64,000 nucleotides of DNA from the human T2T-CHM13v2.0 reference genome, Homo sapiens, in assembly GCA_009914755.4 (NCBI GenBank), contig CP068257.2, positions 27,168,001 to 27,232,000 on the forward strand, in the 5' to 3' direction. The first letter of the stretch is position 1; the number at the start of each line of letters is the position of its first letter. The position numbers were made by a program, and so were the translations under genes. Shown piece by piece: positions 1 through 16,600 of this stretch. Below the pieces are notes generated by a model. That model did not search any database. It was not told the origin of the DNA and saw nothing but the letters and a program-made list of their open reading frames with translations.

Positions 1-67
1 AGCATTCATTGAGTGACAATTACACTACATACCCTATTCTAGACACTTTGCATACTGTTTGTAATTC

Positions 68-240
68 ATGTTTCTCAAAGTACCCTGAGAGTTTCTTAAA
101 TCTACAGAAACCTGGGTTGTCATTAAATATACAGCTTACCAGGCCCCACCCCTGAAAATTCTGATTCAGTTGGGCTAGATTGGGGCCCAGGAATCTGTGT
201 TTTAACAAAATGTACTCTTCATTGCAATGTTGTAAAATTA
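68..240 (+). mobile_element. MER5-like hAT-Charlie non-autonomous DNA transposon
   Basis: Starts gtttctcaaagt and contains ccaggccccacccctgaaaattctgattcagttgggctagattggggcccaggaatctgtgttttaacaa, matching the MER5A consensus core (ccccaccccagacctactgaatcag...gtggggcccagcaatctgtgttttaacaag) recalled from memory. Confidence 0.5.
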
Positions 241-767
241 TTTTCCTTGTTTCTGTCTTGCAGAAGCAAGGCAACTGTGAGAATTAAACAATTTATCAGG
301 GCACCCAGATGACACAGGGAGAGCTGGATATTCAATCTCAAGTAGGTTGGCTATAAAGCCGACTTTATCACTGGGCCATGCCAAATCCCAGTAAAACTCC
401 ATTTGCACTCTGACTGAAATAGTGGCTTCAGTTCCCCATCTATAGCAGTTCTAGCTTCTCACTGCCTGTTTTCCCTCCCACCACCCGCCCATAAAATCCA
501 GCACTGTATAGGCTCTTGAATTATATTATTGGTTATTATATGATAAAATTTTGCATTGCAACTTGAGCAGGAAGACAAACTAATGAGAATCACATCCTAT
601 TTTCTAATTGTCTCAAACCATACCTCTATAAAGTAAAAAGAGTTGATTGAAACCAAAATGTTTGGGAATTACAACAAGCTATTCCTAATCGACACAACTT
701 GTCAGAAATTTGGAGGCTGCCGTCAGCTCAGTAGCTTCTCAAACAAAGCAGTATCAGAGTATGTTTT

Positions 768-1031
768 GAGTCCCTGATTCTTTCAACTGGGTAGATGCTT
801 CTGTACGACTTTACATTGTTTTATTTAAAAGCTGTGCTTTTTTTTTCTCCGAAACTAGTGTATTTATAGGTGCTACATGCTTTAAAAGTCTCTGACTTTG
901 AATCCCTGATTCTTTCGGCTGGGTAGATGCTTCTGTACGACTTTACATTGTTTTATTTAAAAGTTCTGCTTTCTTTTCTCTGAAACTAATGTATTTATAG
1001 GTGCTACATGTTTTAAAAGTCTACAACTGTG
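768..1031. repeat. Two tandem copies of a ~132 bp unit (~90% identical)
   Basis: Copy 1 at 768-899 and copy 2 at 900-1031 share tccctgattctttc(a/g)(a/g)ctgggtagatgcttctgtacgactttacattgttttatttaaaag...gtatttataggtgctacatg(c/t)tttaaaagtct. Confidence 0.85.
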
Positions 1032-1589
1032 AAAAATGATGTAACACTGAAACAAGCAAAACCTTGAAGGAAAGTTGAAATTGAGATTGTCCAAAAACTC
1101 AGCCAGTACATAGTGTTTCCGCCTACTCTGATTTTTCAGCAGTTTTGTGATTTCTTTTCCCTTGTTTGTTTTTGAGTACACTCATCAGTATGTCCCATGG
1201 CATAGTGTCTGTTTTCCAAAAATCCAGAAACATGAGTCAGCTGTTCAACTATTATATACAAATTTGGTAAAGTACCGTATTCATGGAATCTGAGTGTGTT
1301 TTCCAGGAATTACGTCTCCAGTGCCCCCACATGACTGCCTGATCAGCCTGTGATGCCTCTGAAGTGTTCTGCACCTACTTTCTAAGGGAAATGTTGTCAC
1401 GACAGATAATTATGGAATTGTGGGCTTTTAGTTATTCAGAATAAATCTACAAGGCAATAGTTTAATGAATTTAATATGCTGGTTCATGTAAAATGTCATA
1501 TGCCATATGTAACATGACTGTAACTTAAGGATATTCTTTTAACTCAGTAAACTTGGTAGAAAATCCTTGTATGAACCTGATACGGATTA

Positions 1590-2142
1590 AACTGTGCTCT
1601 CTCAAAAAAAATATGTTGAAATCCTAACCTCCAGTAACTCAGAATGCCACCTTATTTAGAAATAGGGTAATTATAGATGAAATTAGTTAAGATGAGGTCA
1701 TGAATGAATTCTAATCCAATATGACTGGTGGACTTGTAAAAAGGAGGTATTGGGCAGTCCCACAGAGGCTGGACTGCCTGGCTGGTGCATCTTTCCTGGT
1801 CTGCAAAAGACAAGAAAATAAAATTAAAAAGGGAAAATGGGACAGACATAGACATGCAGAGAGAAAAGGTTATGTGAAGAGACATCCAGGGAGAAGATGG
1901 ACGAATGAAAATGGAAGAAGAGATTCAAATTATGCTGCCACGCACCAAAGAATGCCTGGGTTCACCAAAAGCTAGGAAAGGACAAGGAAGGATGCTACCC
2001 AGATGCTTCAGAGTGACCATGGCCTTACTAACCCCTTGATTTCAGACCTCTAGCCTCCATAACTGTGAGACTAAATTTCTGCTGTTCTTAAGCAACTCAG
2101 TTTGTGGCACTTCTTTATGGCAGCTCTAGGAAACAAATATAG
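1590..2142 (+). mobile_element. MaLR-type (MST/MLT1-like) solo LTR
   Basis: Has atatgttgaaatcctaacctccag...aggtcatgaatgaa internally and the characteristic 3' end ccataactgtgagactaaatttctgctgttcttaagcaactcagtttgtggcacttctttatggcagc. Confidence 0.5.
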
Positions 2143-5100
2143 AGCCCTTGAAGGTACTTTCAGCTGGAAAATGTCAGAGGCAGGCACAACTAAACTGAGG
2201 TTCCTGCTTAAGTGAATTTATTCAGCACAGGACTTTAAATGCCATTTATATCATATGACTTCCAAAGGTATTATCTACCATCATTACCACTTCCCGAGCT
2301 CCAGAATCAAATCTGCAACCACCCGATGGGTAGCTTCTCTTGCCTAATAGCATCTGAAAATTAGCACAACCAAAGCAGGACTTTGAATTCATTGCCTGCC
2401 CATACTTCCCCTAGTCTACTGCATCTAAGTAAAGACATCACCATCTACTAAGTTATTTAAAGAAAAACCCGGGAGTCATCCTAATTCCTTCCTGCCTACC
2501 CACCATATCCAATCCATCTGTGTGTCCTCTAAATTCTACGTCCAGGTCAGTTTCCTGGGAGACACATTCTGAGGTGGAGATTAGCATGCAGAATTGTTAT
2601 CAGGGATTGCCCTCAGAATCAACATCCACAGACAGAGGGAGAAGCTGAACTGCAATGCAGTCACCATAGGGACCTCAGTTCATCCTACAAAGAACTCTGG
2701 AGCTGTGAGGGCCCCTATCTTGAGTCATCTTTACCCCCACTCCACTGACCAGTTAGTGAGTGCAGGTCATCCCTGATAAGGGAATGTGGCCTTGGCTGAC
2801 ATGGTTCTTTTTGGCAGAGAGCAATTCCTGGAGAGAGTCCTTAGTGGAGAGCCATCAGCCTCCAAATTTTTCAACAGCTAAGGTAATAAGTACCTTGGTT
2901 CAGAAAAAAGATCTGGATGGCATACCACAGCATCTGCTATACTAGAAGAGAAAGAAGAAATATCCTGACCAGCTAAATCCTGTAAAACTAAATACCTGTG
3001 AAAATTCAGGAAAACTAATGATTAATTTTTTTCCCATCCATCCCCTCCATTTTCCCACTCAGCCAGTCTTTCTGTGTTCTTAATTACAGGAGGTGATGTG
3101 AAAGAGTCTTCTAGAATGAATTTCCATCAGCTGGGTCTTTCTGGGATGCTAAGAAAAGTTTAGGTTTATAAAGAATGTTTGAGAGAAACAGAGAGCTAGA
3201 GCAAGTGCCTCCCCCAAAACCTTGAAACAAGATTGCCCCCAAGATGAAGAGAGAGGAGACACAAGGAAGATGATGACAGCAGAGAAGTCATGGGCCCCAA
3301 CAAAAGGGCAGAATCTAAATTGGGCTGCATGGACAGGGACAAGGGCAAACATCTCAACAAAAACTCCCATGAGGAGTACTGTTCCAGTGATGTTTGATTT
3401 TCAAACTCATTTCAGGACCACATTACCTTGCTTGCTCCAACTTTATAGTAAGTCTTGAAGTCAGGTAATGTAATGTAATTCATCCAACTTTCTTCTTCTT
3501 TTCCAATATTTTTGAAATGTTCTAGATCCCTTGCATTTCCATATATTTTTTAATTCCTTTGTCAAATTCTACCCTTCCAAAAAAAAAAAAAAAGCCTACT
3601 GGAAACATGACGAGGATTGCATTGAATCAGTAGATCAATTTGATGAGAAATAACATCTCAACAATATTGAATGTTTCAATCCATGAACATGGTATATCTC
3701 CTTTTATTTGGGTCTTGTTTAATTTCCCTTGGCATTGCTTTGTGGTTTTCAGTGTAGAGAGCTTATATATTTATTTATAAATACATTATATCTTTATGTT
3801 ATTATAAATGCAGTTGTTTTTATTTCATTTTTCAATTATGTACTGCTAGTATATGAAATAAAATTGATCTTTTACATTAACCTTGTATACCGTGATTTTG
3901 CTAAATTCACTTATGAGTTCTAGTGGTTGTAGAACTCTTAGAACTATTTATGTAAACAACCATGTCATTTGCTAATAAAGACAATTTTACTTTTTCCTGT
4001 CTGCTCTTTATATTAGTATTTAACAAAATGCATTTCAACTTATTCAAATTTAATAGTTTTAATTAAGAGAATGGTATTATTAATGTTCATCAAGATAACT
4101 CATTTTTCAAAGCACTCAAGAACAACAGATTAAAACTGTCATTTCAGTCATCAAATTTTACTTTTGCTAGTTTGTGCAAAAAGAGTGGCAATAAAGCAAA
4201 ATAAAATTTTGTCTTTAATGAATTGTGCTAGAGAAATTCACAATTGCTCTATAGAGGTGACATATTCATCATAATTTCAAATAATGAGAGGGATTGCTGA
4301 TTAGTAGTATAAACTGAAGAAAACTTTTGGAGATCAAGATATCTAAGCTAGCCTTTGAAGAAAGTTTAGACAGTCAAATTAGTGGTAGGAAAGATAAGAG
4401 GCATAAAGTAAGCAAAGGTAGAGGGAGAAATTAACAAAACAAGTTCCAAATATAGAGGCAGAGAACAAATCATATTGTTATGTATCAGTAACATAATAAC
4501 AGAAGGTCTCAAATGATCGGCTACTGAGTTTGGATTTTATGGTCTACTTATGTAAAGGTTTTTAAGTAGTGAAGAATTACAAGAGGAAATCTTCCAACTA
4601 GACCATAGCCAAAGAAAGGTTGAGCTCTGAGAGGAGATAATATGTATAAATACTTGTACAGCTAACAGTTCATGTAAGAGCTGAACAGTTTTCCCATATC
4701 AGTGTTTTTGCAAAGCCAAATAAATAATTAATGTTCTTGAGGACAGGCTACTAACTTCATTTAAAATGCAACAGCTGGAAGTTCCCATGTCTAATCCTAT
4801 AAGAATGGCTTAATATAAGGCTGATACATAGTTAACATTCAGAAATGAGGAAGCAATTTCTGCTATGTGGATGAAATGTTCCAAGATAAAAAAAATCTTG
4901 AATTCTAATGCTTTTTAAAATGCTTTGATATATAGTGCTAAAAACTCACAATAAATATATTAATTACAGAGTAGAATTCATAGACAGTTGTATCTATCTT
5001 GATGCCATCCAAAGGGAGTATCACCTTTAAAATACACAAGGAAATGCTTCAAGGAATGAGTAGCAGTTGATCCAAACCTTGTAAGGTTATCCATTTCTGG

Positions 5101-6268
5101 GCACAAATTTCCTTGTATTCTCTCACTGCCTTACTCTGCTATATAATGTCATGGTCTACAAGGCTATTGAAATAGTATAAAACAAAACCATACTAGTCTG
5201 AATGCCTGGAGCCTCCATGGCCATGGAGTATCCGTAGATTCCCTCAGCCCAGTGCTAATACACTGCTCTACCAGAAATGTGCTTCTCTCCATTAAGCAGT
5301 ATCCATGTCTTCAGCTCTTGGGGAAACTATCTCTGGTACAGTGCTAGATTAGGTCCCCCCAATAGGACACAAATTTTTCCCACCCATTCAAGAAGCAGTC
5401 ATTTCCATTTGGTCACTCAGCTTTCCATCAGGAAAACTGAAGCCACTCTAGGTATTTCAACCAGTAATAATTTAATAGACGGACTCAGGGACTTACAAAA
5501 CTGTTAAAAAGACTGAGAGAGCAACAGTCATGGAAGCTTTCATTTACAGTCAATAAATCAAAAAGGGCATGAATTTAAAGAAATATCCGCTAGTACCAGA
5601 GGGGCTGACTCTCAGGAGCTCACCCAGCAACCATTTGCAAACCTCACTTCTGTCACCTGCCTGCTGGTGCAACTAAAGATCAGAGGCCCTCCTTTTCTGT
5701 TTTTCCACATTCACATATGTGCCTCACATTGGGATAATCTAAACTGGATCTTGCTGATGAGGTAAACTGGGAATGTAATTTTTAGCATTCCAGCCCTACA
5801 ATGTAGGGTGGGACTTAGACGGGCAAGGATATTGCTGAAAACTAATAGACAATATCGAGCACATCTTTCTTTACCTCATAACCCATAGCCAAAACCACTC
5901 CCCAAAAATACTCATTCTTCCACAGTATTCTCACTGTGGTGATTTCCCTTCAGAGGCGCAGTTCAGTCTTCTTTCTTTTGCATTCTGTGTTCTGCCAGTC
6001 CTTCTTATAAGCATGTCTGCTCCCCAATGGAAACCAGCATCCTCTACATCTGATCTTCCAAAGGGCTACTTTTCCAGAGTTTGAATAACAAGTGTATGCA
6101 TTATTGCAGGTTCAAAGATGGAGAAGGAATCATGTGGCGAGACTTTCACTAAGCCAAAGATTAAGTCCCTAACATGAAAAGGCTAAGTTGTGCAATACAC
6201 ACTGAACAGTGTTTCAGTGAACCAGCCTATGCACAGAAAACCAACTATGTACAGAAAATCCAGACATA

Positions 6269-6385
6269 GGCCAGGCACAATGGCTCATGCCTGTAATCCC
6301 AGCACTTTAGGAGGCCAAGGCAGGAGGATTTCTTGAGACCAGGAATTCAAGATTAGCCAACAAATTGAGATCTCATCTCTAAAGA
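6269..6385 (+). mobile_element. Alu left-arm fragment (FLAM-like)
   Basis: ggccaggcacaatggctcatgcctgtaatcccagcactttaggaggccaaggcaggaggatttcttgagaccaggaattcaagattagccaac, running directly into a purine microsatellite. Confidence 0.85.
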
Positions 6386-6668
6386 GAGAAAGAGGGAAAG
6401 AGATAAACAGAGAAAGAGGAAAGAAAGAAAGAAAGAAAGAGAAAGAAAGAAAAGAAAAGAAGAAAGGGAAGGGAAGGGGAGGGGAGGGGAGGAAGGAAGG
6501 AAGGAGAAAGAAAGGAAGGAAGGAAGGGAGGGAGGAAGGAAGGAAAGGAAGGAAGGAAGGAGAAACAGAGAAGGAAGGAAGGAAGGAAGGAAGGAGGGAG
6601 AGAGGGACGGACGCAGGGAGGGAGGGAGGGAGAGGGAGGGAAAGAAAGAAAAGAAAGAAAGCCAAGAA
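6383..6668. repeat. Compound polypurine microsatellite (GAAA)n/(GGAA)n/(GGGA)n, ~285 bp
   Basis: Uninterrupted R·Y tract of agaaag, ggaagg and gggagg units; it is the source of the spurious Ser/Leu/Pro-rich ORFs 6285-6761 and 6353-6715. Confidence 0.95.
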
Positions 6669-7410
6669 GGCTGATATATATTTAACATTCTTATTATGAA
6701 TAATAATCTTAACATTCATATTTAACATACTTTGGCATATTCCAACCCAAAGAGAATCCACAGAGCAGATAGATTTGGGAGTAGCTTATCCTCACTATTC
6801 CCACTCATCCTCCCCTACCCTTTGAACGTACCAGCTTTACAATAATTCTGTATGTGTCTGAATATTCATGTGTCTGACTCTCTCACTAGGTTGTAGGTAC
6901 TTTGCTAAGCTTTGTATCTTTGCTACATAATATGATGCCAATTATATAGCAGGATTTCCATGAATAAATGGAACGGTAAGATGGAGCTTGAAAAGTTTTC
7001 CACCACATCTCCAACTGGTTGCTTAATGTTCCTGTGAATATATTGCTTAGCCATTCAGACACCACATATCTAAAATAAAATTCATCCGTTCTTTAAAACT
7101 TTCTTCCCTTAAGGGGTTAGTAGTGGTTTTTAACAATGTGGTTCATCAGAAAGGTGGAAAAATCCTAAGGTCCAGATGTGTTATGGATCCACGTGACTAT
7201 TGAAAACATTTAGGAAGAGATGTGGAGATAAAAACAGTAGAAGTAAATATTTTTAGGAAGATAGAAACGAAAATTGCTGGGCATTAGCTAGCAAGTATTT
7301 GTGGTCTAGCCAGAAGTATTAATGGCATTTTTAAAGTATTTGAATATCTGATGCTATTGAATGATAGTATAATGGCATTCCCAGAGTTATTTAATATTGA
7401 TATAAAATTC

Positions 7411-10567
<3,157 letters not shown>

Positions 10568-11014
10568 GATAGGGAAGGGTCTGAAGGCAGCCTTGAAGAT
10601 GCTAAGCTGGTTAGTCTCTCCCACATCCTACTAAACAGCTGCCAGGAAAAAATGGCAATTGGAGTAAAGCACCAATATCAGCTCCATGGCCCCCAAAACA
10701 CAGTGGTGTCCAGGTAAAAACTGACCCAGGGAGGAACAGGGTGCCACCTTACATAGCACCTTTCACCAACAGGACATTCCATGCCTCCAACACATTCACT
10801 GAAGGACAGCTACAGTTATCACAATCAGCATCTTCAAGCAGGTGACAAAGACAAAGATGAGCAAAACAAAAATGAAAATTACCAAATATTTGAGTAAAAG
10901 CAACAGCATCAAAAAATGGCACCAAGTCCAACCAACTAAATAACTAACATCTGAGAAAACAGAATTCATAGAAGAATTGAGGGAGGAAGGTCTTTACAGT
11001 AAACCATACATATA

Positions 11015-11400
11015 GTTGTTATGGACTGCATTATTATGGCCCCCTGAATTTATATATTGAAGCTGTAACCCCTAGTACCTCAAAAATGTGATTGTATTTT
11101 GAAATGGGGCCTTTAAAGAGGTTAAGTAAGGTAAAATGAGGCTGTTAGTGTGGGCTGTAACACAATCTGAATGAAGATTAGGGCACACAAAGAGACACCA
11201 GACAAGTGCACACCCAGAGGGAAGATCAAGTGAAGAGGCAGCAAGAGATGGCATCTGAAGACAAGAAGAGAGGCCTCAGAGGAAATTAACTGTGCTGGCA
11301 CCTTGATCTTGGGCTTCCAGCCTTCTGAACTGTGAGAAAATAAATTTCTGTTATTTCAGCCACCCAGCCTGTGATACTTTGTTCCTAGCAAACTAATACA
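11015..11400 (+). mobile_element. MaLR-type (MST-like) solo LTR
   Basis: atatattgaagctgtaacccctagtacctcaaaatgtgattgtattt...ggcaccttgatcttgggcttccagccttctgaactgtgagaaaataaatttctgttatttcagccacccagcctgtgatactttgttcctagcaaactaataca. Confidence 0.55.
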
Positions 11401-11554
11401 ATAGTGATATTCTCAGAAAGAAGTCATGAGAATATTAACTACCAGGAAAAACAAACTAAATAGTTTGGAAATTTAGAATGTCAGTGTTAAAATTAATTTG
11501 TGTCAAGATCTATATCCCAGGGAAATAAAAAATAATAATTTTTTAAAAGTTATC

Positions 11555-11860
11555 CAGCTGGGCACAGTGGCTCATGCCTGTAATCCCAGAACTTTGAAAG
11601 GCTGAAGTTGGAAGATCATTTGAAGCCAGAAATTCAAGAGCAGCCTGGGCCACAAAGCAAGACACTGTCTCTACAAAAAATAAAAATGAAAATGAAAAAT
11701 TACCCAGGCATGGTGGCATACGCTTGTAGTCCCAGCTGCTTGGGAGGCTGAGACAGTAGGATCGCTTGAGCCCAGGAGTTGGAGCCCGCACTGAAATATA
11801 AGCACACCACTGCACTACAGCCTAAGAGTCAGAGTGAGCCCTGTCTCTTAAAAAAATTAA
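11555..11860 (+). mobile_element. Alu (older, diverged; AluJ/S-like)
   Basis: ccagctgggcacagtggctcatgcctgtaatcccagaactttgaaaggctgaagttggaagatcatttgaagcc...cccaggagttggag. Confidence 0.85.
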
Positions 11861-11879
11861 AATTTACCTAAGAGAAGAG

Positions 11880-12560
11880 ATACAGCTGAAGAATGAATTA
11901 GTGAGCTGGGAGATCAAGCTAAGCAATTCTCCTAAAATGCTGCGCAAAGAAAAGTGAAGAAAGCACGAAGGAAGAGCTAGAAGGCATGAACGGTGCATCC
12001 AGGAGCTTCAGCAGCTGCCTGGTAAGTGCTCCAGACTGAAAGCAGAGAAAATAGAAGACATGAGATGATAACTTAGAAGTCACTGAAGAAATTTCCTCAG
12101 AGCTGAAGAAACACATGAATCTTTTCATTCAAATGGACCATTATATGTCATGCAGAGTGAATAAAAGAAGCACAGTAAAACACATCCACGTGAAACTTCA
12201 AAATCCAGTGAAAAAGAAAATGCTAAACACTTCCAGTTGGGCAGGGGGTGGGGTGGCAATTATAAACTGATGAATGAAAATTAGATTACTGTCTGTAATC
12301 ACAACAGCAACACTGGGTGCTAAGAAATGTTGGAATATTATATTCAAAATTCTCAAGAAAAATTCACATTGAACCTAGAATCCCATTTCCAGCCCAATTT
12401 CAAACACAAAATAAAGACATTTTCAGATATGCAAGGACTCAGAAAGCTTATTTGTTTACCCTTTCTGAAATAGTTTCTCAAGGATGTATTCCAAAAAAAT
12501 TAAAGATAATGTATAATGAAGAGGAAGATATAGAATACAATAAATTGTAGAAAACAAAGA
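11880..12560 (+). mobile_element. Ancient L1 (L1M-like) ORF1-region fragment
   Basis: Degenerate similarity to the L1 ORF1 C-terminal region (cacatccacgtgaaacttcaaaatccagtgaaaaagaaaatgctaaa ~ HIIVKL..KDKEKILKA; cccatttccagcccaatttcaaacacaaaataaagacattttcagatatgcaaggactcagaaagcttatttgtttaccc ~ ILYPAKLSF.NEGEIKTFSDKQKLREFITT). Confidence 0.35.
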
Positions 12561-12964
12561 AAAAAGTAGCTATTTCAAAAGTTATTGATGTATTATTTTT
12601 ATTTAATTACCTTTTATAAACAAAATTACAAGTGATCTCTCCATGATAGGTGTAGGGTTGGGCAAAGAGGACAAAAATGGGAACACTCTTCTCTTATTTG
12701 GGGATCCTGTTTACTAACTCTAGATTTCAACTGAAAAACATAAGCTTAAGTATTCATTTTTGAGAAATATATACACTTTGAAAGTCACTAAGAAAGGAAG
12801 ATGAAGGATTTCCTTGAGAGTAGTAATTATACCATGTAACTGCTAATAAATGTCTGATGGAGTGAAGAAAATTTGTCTATAAAAGTAGCAGGGAACACTG
12901 ACCCTTCTCAATTGTGCCTTCTATCCCTTGGCCATTAGTGTTGGGAGACAGTGCAGTAATCAAA

Positions 12965-13110
12965 AACACAGATGGGGCTCAGGTCCCAGCTTCCCATTCA
13001 CTAGCTGTATGTCCTTACTCATGACAGTTACTATCTCGGAGCTCTGGTGTGTCCATTGTTAAAATGGAATTAATAAAATCTTGTAAAATTGCCATGTAGA
13101 TAAATAAGTC
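12965..13110 (+). mobile_element. MIR SINE fragment
   Basis: gggctcaggtcccagcttcccattcactagctgtatgtccttactcatgacagttactatctcggagctctggtgtgtccattgttaaaatggaattaataa matches the MIR core. Confidence 0.4.
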
Positions 13111-13150
13111 AACCCTCCCTTGGTGACCAACCATCTGCACATACAGATAG

Positions 13151-13673
13151 TGTGATGGTTAATACTGAGTGTCAACTTAACAGGATTGAAGCATGCAAAG
13201 TATTGTTCCTAGGTGTGTCTGTGAGGGTGTTGCCAAAGGAGATTAACATTTGAGTCAGTAGACTTGGGAAAGGGAGATCCACCCTCAATCTGGGTGAGCA
13301 CAATCTAATCAGCAGCCATGTGACCAGAATAAAAAGCAGGCAGAAGAACGTGAAAGGACTAGACTGGCTGAGTCTTCTGGTCTCCATCTTTCTCCCGTGC
13401 TGGATGCTTCTTACCCTCAAACATGGAACTCCAAGTTTTTCCGCTTTGGGACTCTTGGACCTTTGACCACAGACTGAAGGCTGCACTGTTGGCTTCCCTA
13501 CTTTTGAGGTTTTGGGACTTGGACTAGCTTCCTTGCTCCTCAGCTTGCAGATGGCCTATTGTGGGACCTCACCTTATGATTGTGTAAGTTAACACTCATT
13601 AATAAACTCATATATATATGTATATATGTATAACCTATTAGTTCTGTCCCTCTAGAGAACCCTGACTAATACA
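13151..13673 (+). mobile_element. Solo LTR of the ERVL-like family (MLT2-like, TG...CA termini), same family as the two proviruses downstream
   Basis: Begins tgtgatggttaatactgagtgtcaac and ends ctctagagaaccctgactaataca. It is about 80-85% identical to the LTRs at 49621-50104, 55121-55690 and 58093-58670, has an internal (TA)n, and its flanks gatag|...|gacag suggest a 5 bp TSD. Confidence 0.6.
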
Positions 13674-14655
13674 GACAGGAATATAGAGCAATGTCTAGAC
13701 AGAGCCTGAGACCCTCCTCACCTCCAAAGCACCTTGTGTTTTTCTCTCCTTCCCCTTCTTTGCCCACCCTCTCCTTAGGAATTTTCAGCAAATCCATATC
13801 TTAGAAAGCTGCAGGGAGGAGTTGGCCTGATGGGCTTGCCACACTTGGGCCCCACTGCAGTTTCCCTGGAGCCTCACAGGGACTGCATCACAGTCCGTGG
13901 GGCTCAATAATAAGCTCTTTCAGCATCAGCCTAGCTTCACCATTAATTGCTACCACATTGAGGCAAAGAACTGTGGTTTTCATGGCCTCCCCAAATCATG
14001 TCGGATCATTCCTACAAAAAAGTGGACCAGAAAGAAAGAAACTAGGATTTATTTCTTAGTGCCAGAAGTAACATAATTACAGAGGAATGTTCTGGCTAAT
14101 GTAAAAGTTGCTCTTTGGTATGTTGACCTAAGACCTATATTTGCTGTTTTGTTTTCAATGTTCTTCCTCACATGTCCTGTCTTTACCATTTCCAAGCCTA
14201 AGAACTGTGGGTTATCTATAATCAGTCATTAATGTTTTCGTTACCCTCAGTTAGTGAATACTCAAAGAAGCTGGAAATTCTCAAAGCTCTGGTAGTTGCT
14301 CAAGGAAAAGCCAACAAATAATAGGGTATAGAAAAGCCTCAAGTAAAACTAGATGGGTATTGTTGGATACCCATGACGTAAGGATACATAAAGTCTTTCA
14401 TTTTGCTGAGTCAAAATGTGCCATCTAAACTACACAGCAACCATGCAGTTTATTAGCTCAAAAAAAAAAAAAAAGGCCCTGGTCATTTAAATCTATGCCA
14501 TTCATGTGTTTATACATATTTTTATATGCTTTATATAGGAAGTCTTTTAACTTTTTTTTATTTAAGCATAGGTAAAAGTTATATAACCAAAAAATTCGAT
14601 TAACTCAAATACATGAGAATATTTGGGCAATCTTTTGGCTTACTGATTTTTCTAG

Positions 14656-15015
<360 letters not shown>

Positions 15016-16489
15016 CCACCTTTATTTTCTAACGATTTCTTTACCAAGTCTTCCCAGGTCCTTTACTTAGTACTTTTATCTCACCTAAGGTACATGACTT
15101 TTTAACCAATGAGTTCTTATTGTAAAAATGCCTCAGAAATATCATTCTGGCTGTCAATTTATTAAGTGATATGAATTCATGGGTTAACAATTTATGTCTT
15201 TTTCATAGAAAGCTAAATGTACAAGAAAATCTCCAGATTTCATCATGATATACAAATGCTTTAAAGTGAAGGAGTTCAGGGAACTTGACCCCAAAATATG
15301 GCTCCCTAGTATAATGAGTATTTTGAACTAAAGGCCTTTAGAGATCAACAGATTTTAGAAGATACTTTTTCCCTATCTACATAAAGACCAGAGAGACCCA
15401 TAAAGAGAGGAATTGTTTTCCTCCCCTACCTCTTGCCTCTCAATCCTCTGCCTCTCCCAAACACAAGCTGAAGTTCCCTCATCTGCCTAAAGTCTGGACC
15501 TACCAAAGAAGAAAACAATGACCTCTGGTCCCTTCCCTGAGTTTTCATTAACTGAACCCATATTGCAAGAAGGAAGACTAAAGTCTGTCAACAGACCTCG
15601 ACAGACTTTTGTCACAAAACCTTGACTGCTCTGTGGGCCCAAGAGACCACTGTATGTTCTTCAAGCCCACTGATTTCCCCTAAAAATCATTTATTATCCC
15701 CCTAAAATTATCCACACTTCCCCATCTCCATTCCCCCTAAGAAATAGAGTATATAAACACCTGTATCCCATTGGAATATTGGACAATCACTCTGAGATTC
15801 CCTACATGCACATAATAGTAATAAATCTGTGTGCCTTTTCTTTTATTAATCTAAATTTTTGTGAGTTGATTTTTCAGCAAACCTTCCAAGCTTTCCCTTC
15901 ACCCATACAAAAAGTGTGTAACTTTTGGGTTACTATATTTCTGGCTCTTATTTTTTGAATGTCTTCCATAGGGGGTTTTCTTTGTCTTATAAAAATGTGG
16001 GGAAGCTGAAATGCAGGGAATCTGAAGCAATCATATGTTTTTGTTTTACCTCCTATGTGAAATACACAAGTAAAGTGGTTTCTCGACACGTACATCAAGG
16101 GCTGAATTCCAAAGGTATCCCAGTTGTCTGAGCATTCTCCCCTACCTATCAGTGTATTCCTTTCCTCTTCTTACTTTTCCATAAACCAAATGTTTTCATT
16201 TCTTATATTTATACTTCTGTGACTCTTAATAAAGATAGTAAAGCATAAACAATAAATGCCTGAAATGCAGTTTTTGTCTGACTTTGGACTTACTCTGTTG
16301 TTCAGTTTTTTTTGAAGATTTTTCCTGCCAACCTTCCACTCCACCCACCATCACCCGACCCCGGCCCCCTCCATTTGGTTCACTGACACCTTCCAAAACC
16401 TATTCCATTGTCTAGCACTAATTACACTGCACCACAGAGGGAGAGGCTGTGGGCTCCAGAATCGGCAACCTCAATCTGAATCTCCGCTG

Positions 16490-16600
16490 CCCCACTGCGG
16501 GATTCTTAACCTCTCTGAGCCTCTATTCCTTTATCTGTAAAAGTGGAGATAATAGCAAAACTGGGTAATTTGCTGGAAATATTTAAATGAGTTGACCTAT
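16490..16600 (+). mobile_element. MIR SINE fragment
   Basis: cccactgcgggattcttaacctctctgagcctctattcctttatctgtaaaagtggagataatagcaaaact resembles the MIR core. Confidence 0.35.

Noticed and set aside
1721-1975. 84 aa basic ORF (MTGGLVKRRYWAVPQRLDCLAGASFLVCKRQENKIKKGKWDRHRHAERKG...).
   Set aside because: It lies entirely inside a MaLR-type LTR (1590-2142), and LTRs do not encode protein. It is a chance ORF.
6383-6668. Regularly spaced short repeats that could superficially suggest a CRISPR-like array.
   Set aside because: The units are 4-8 nt purine motifs with no unique spacers, no leader and no cas genes. The genomic context is primate, so they are ordinary microsatellites.
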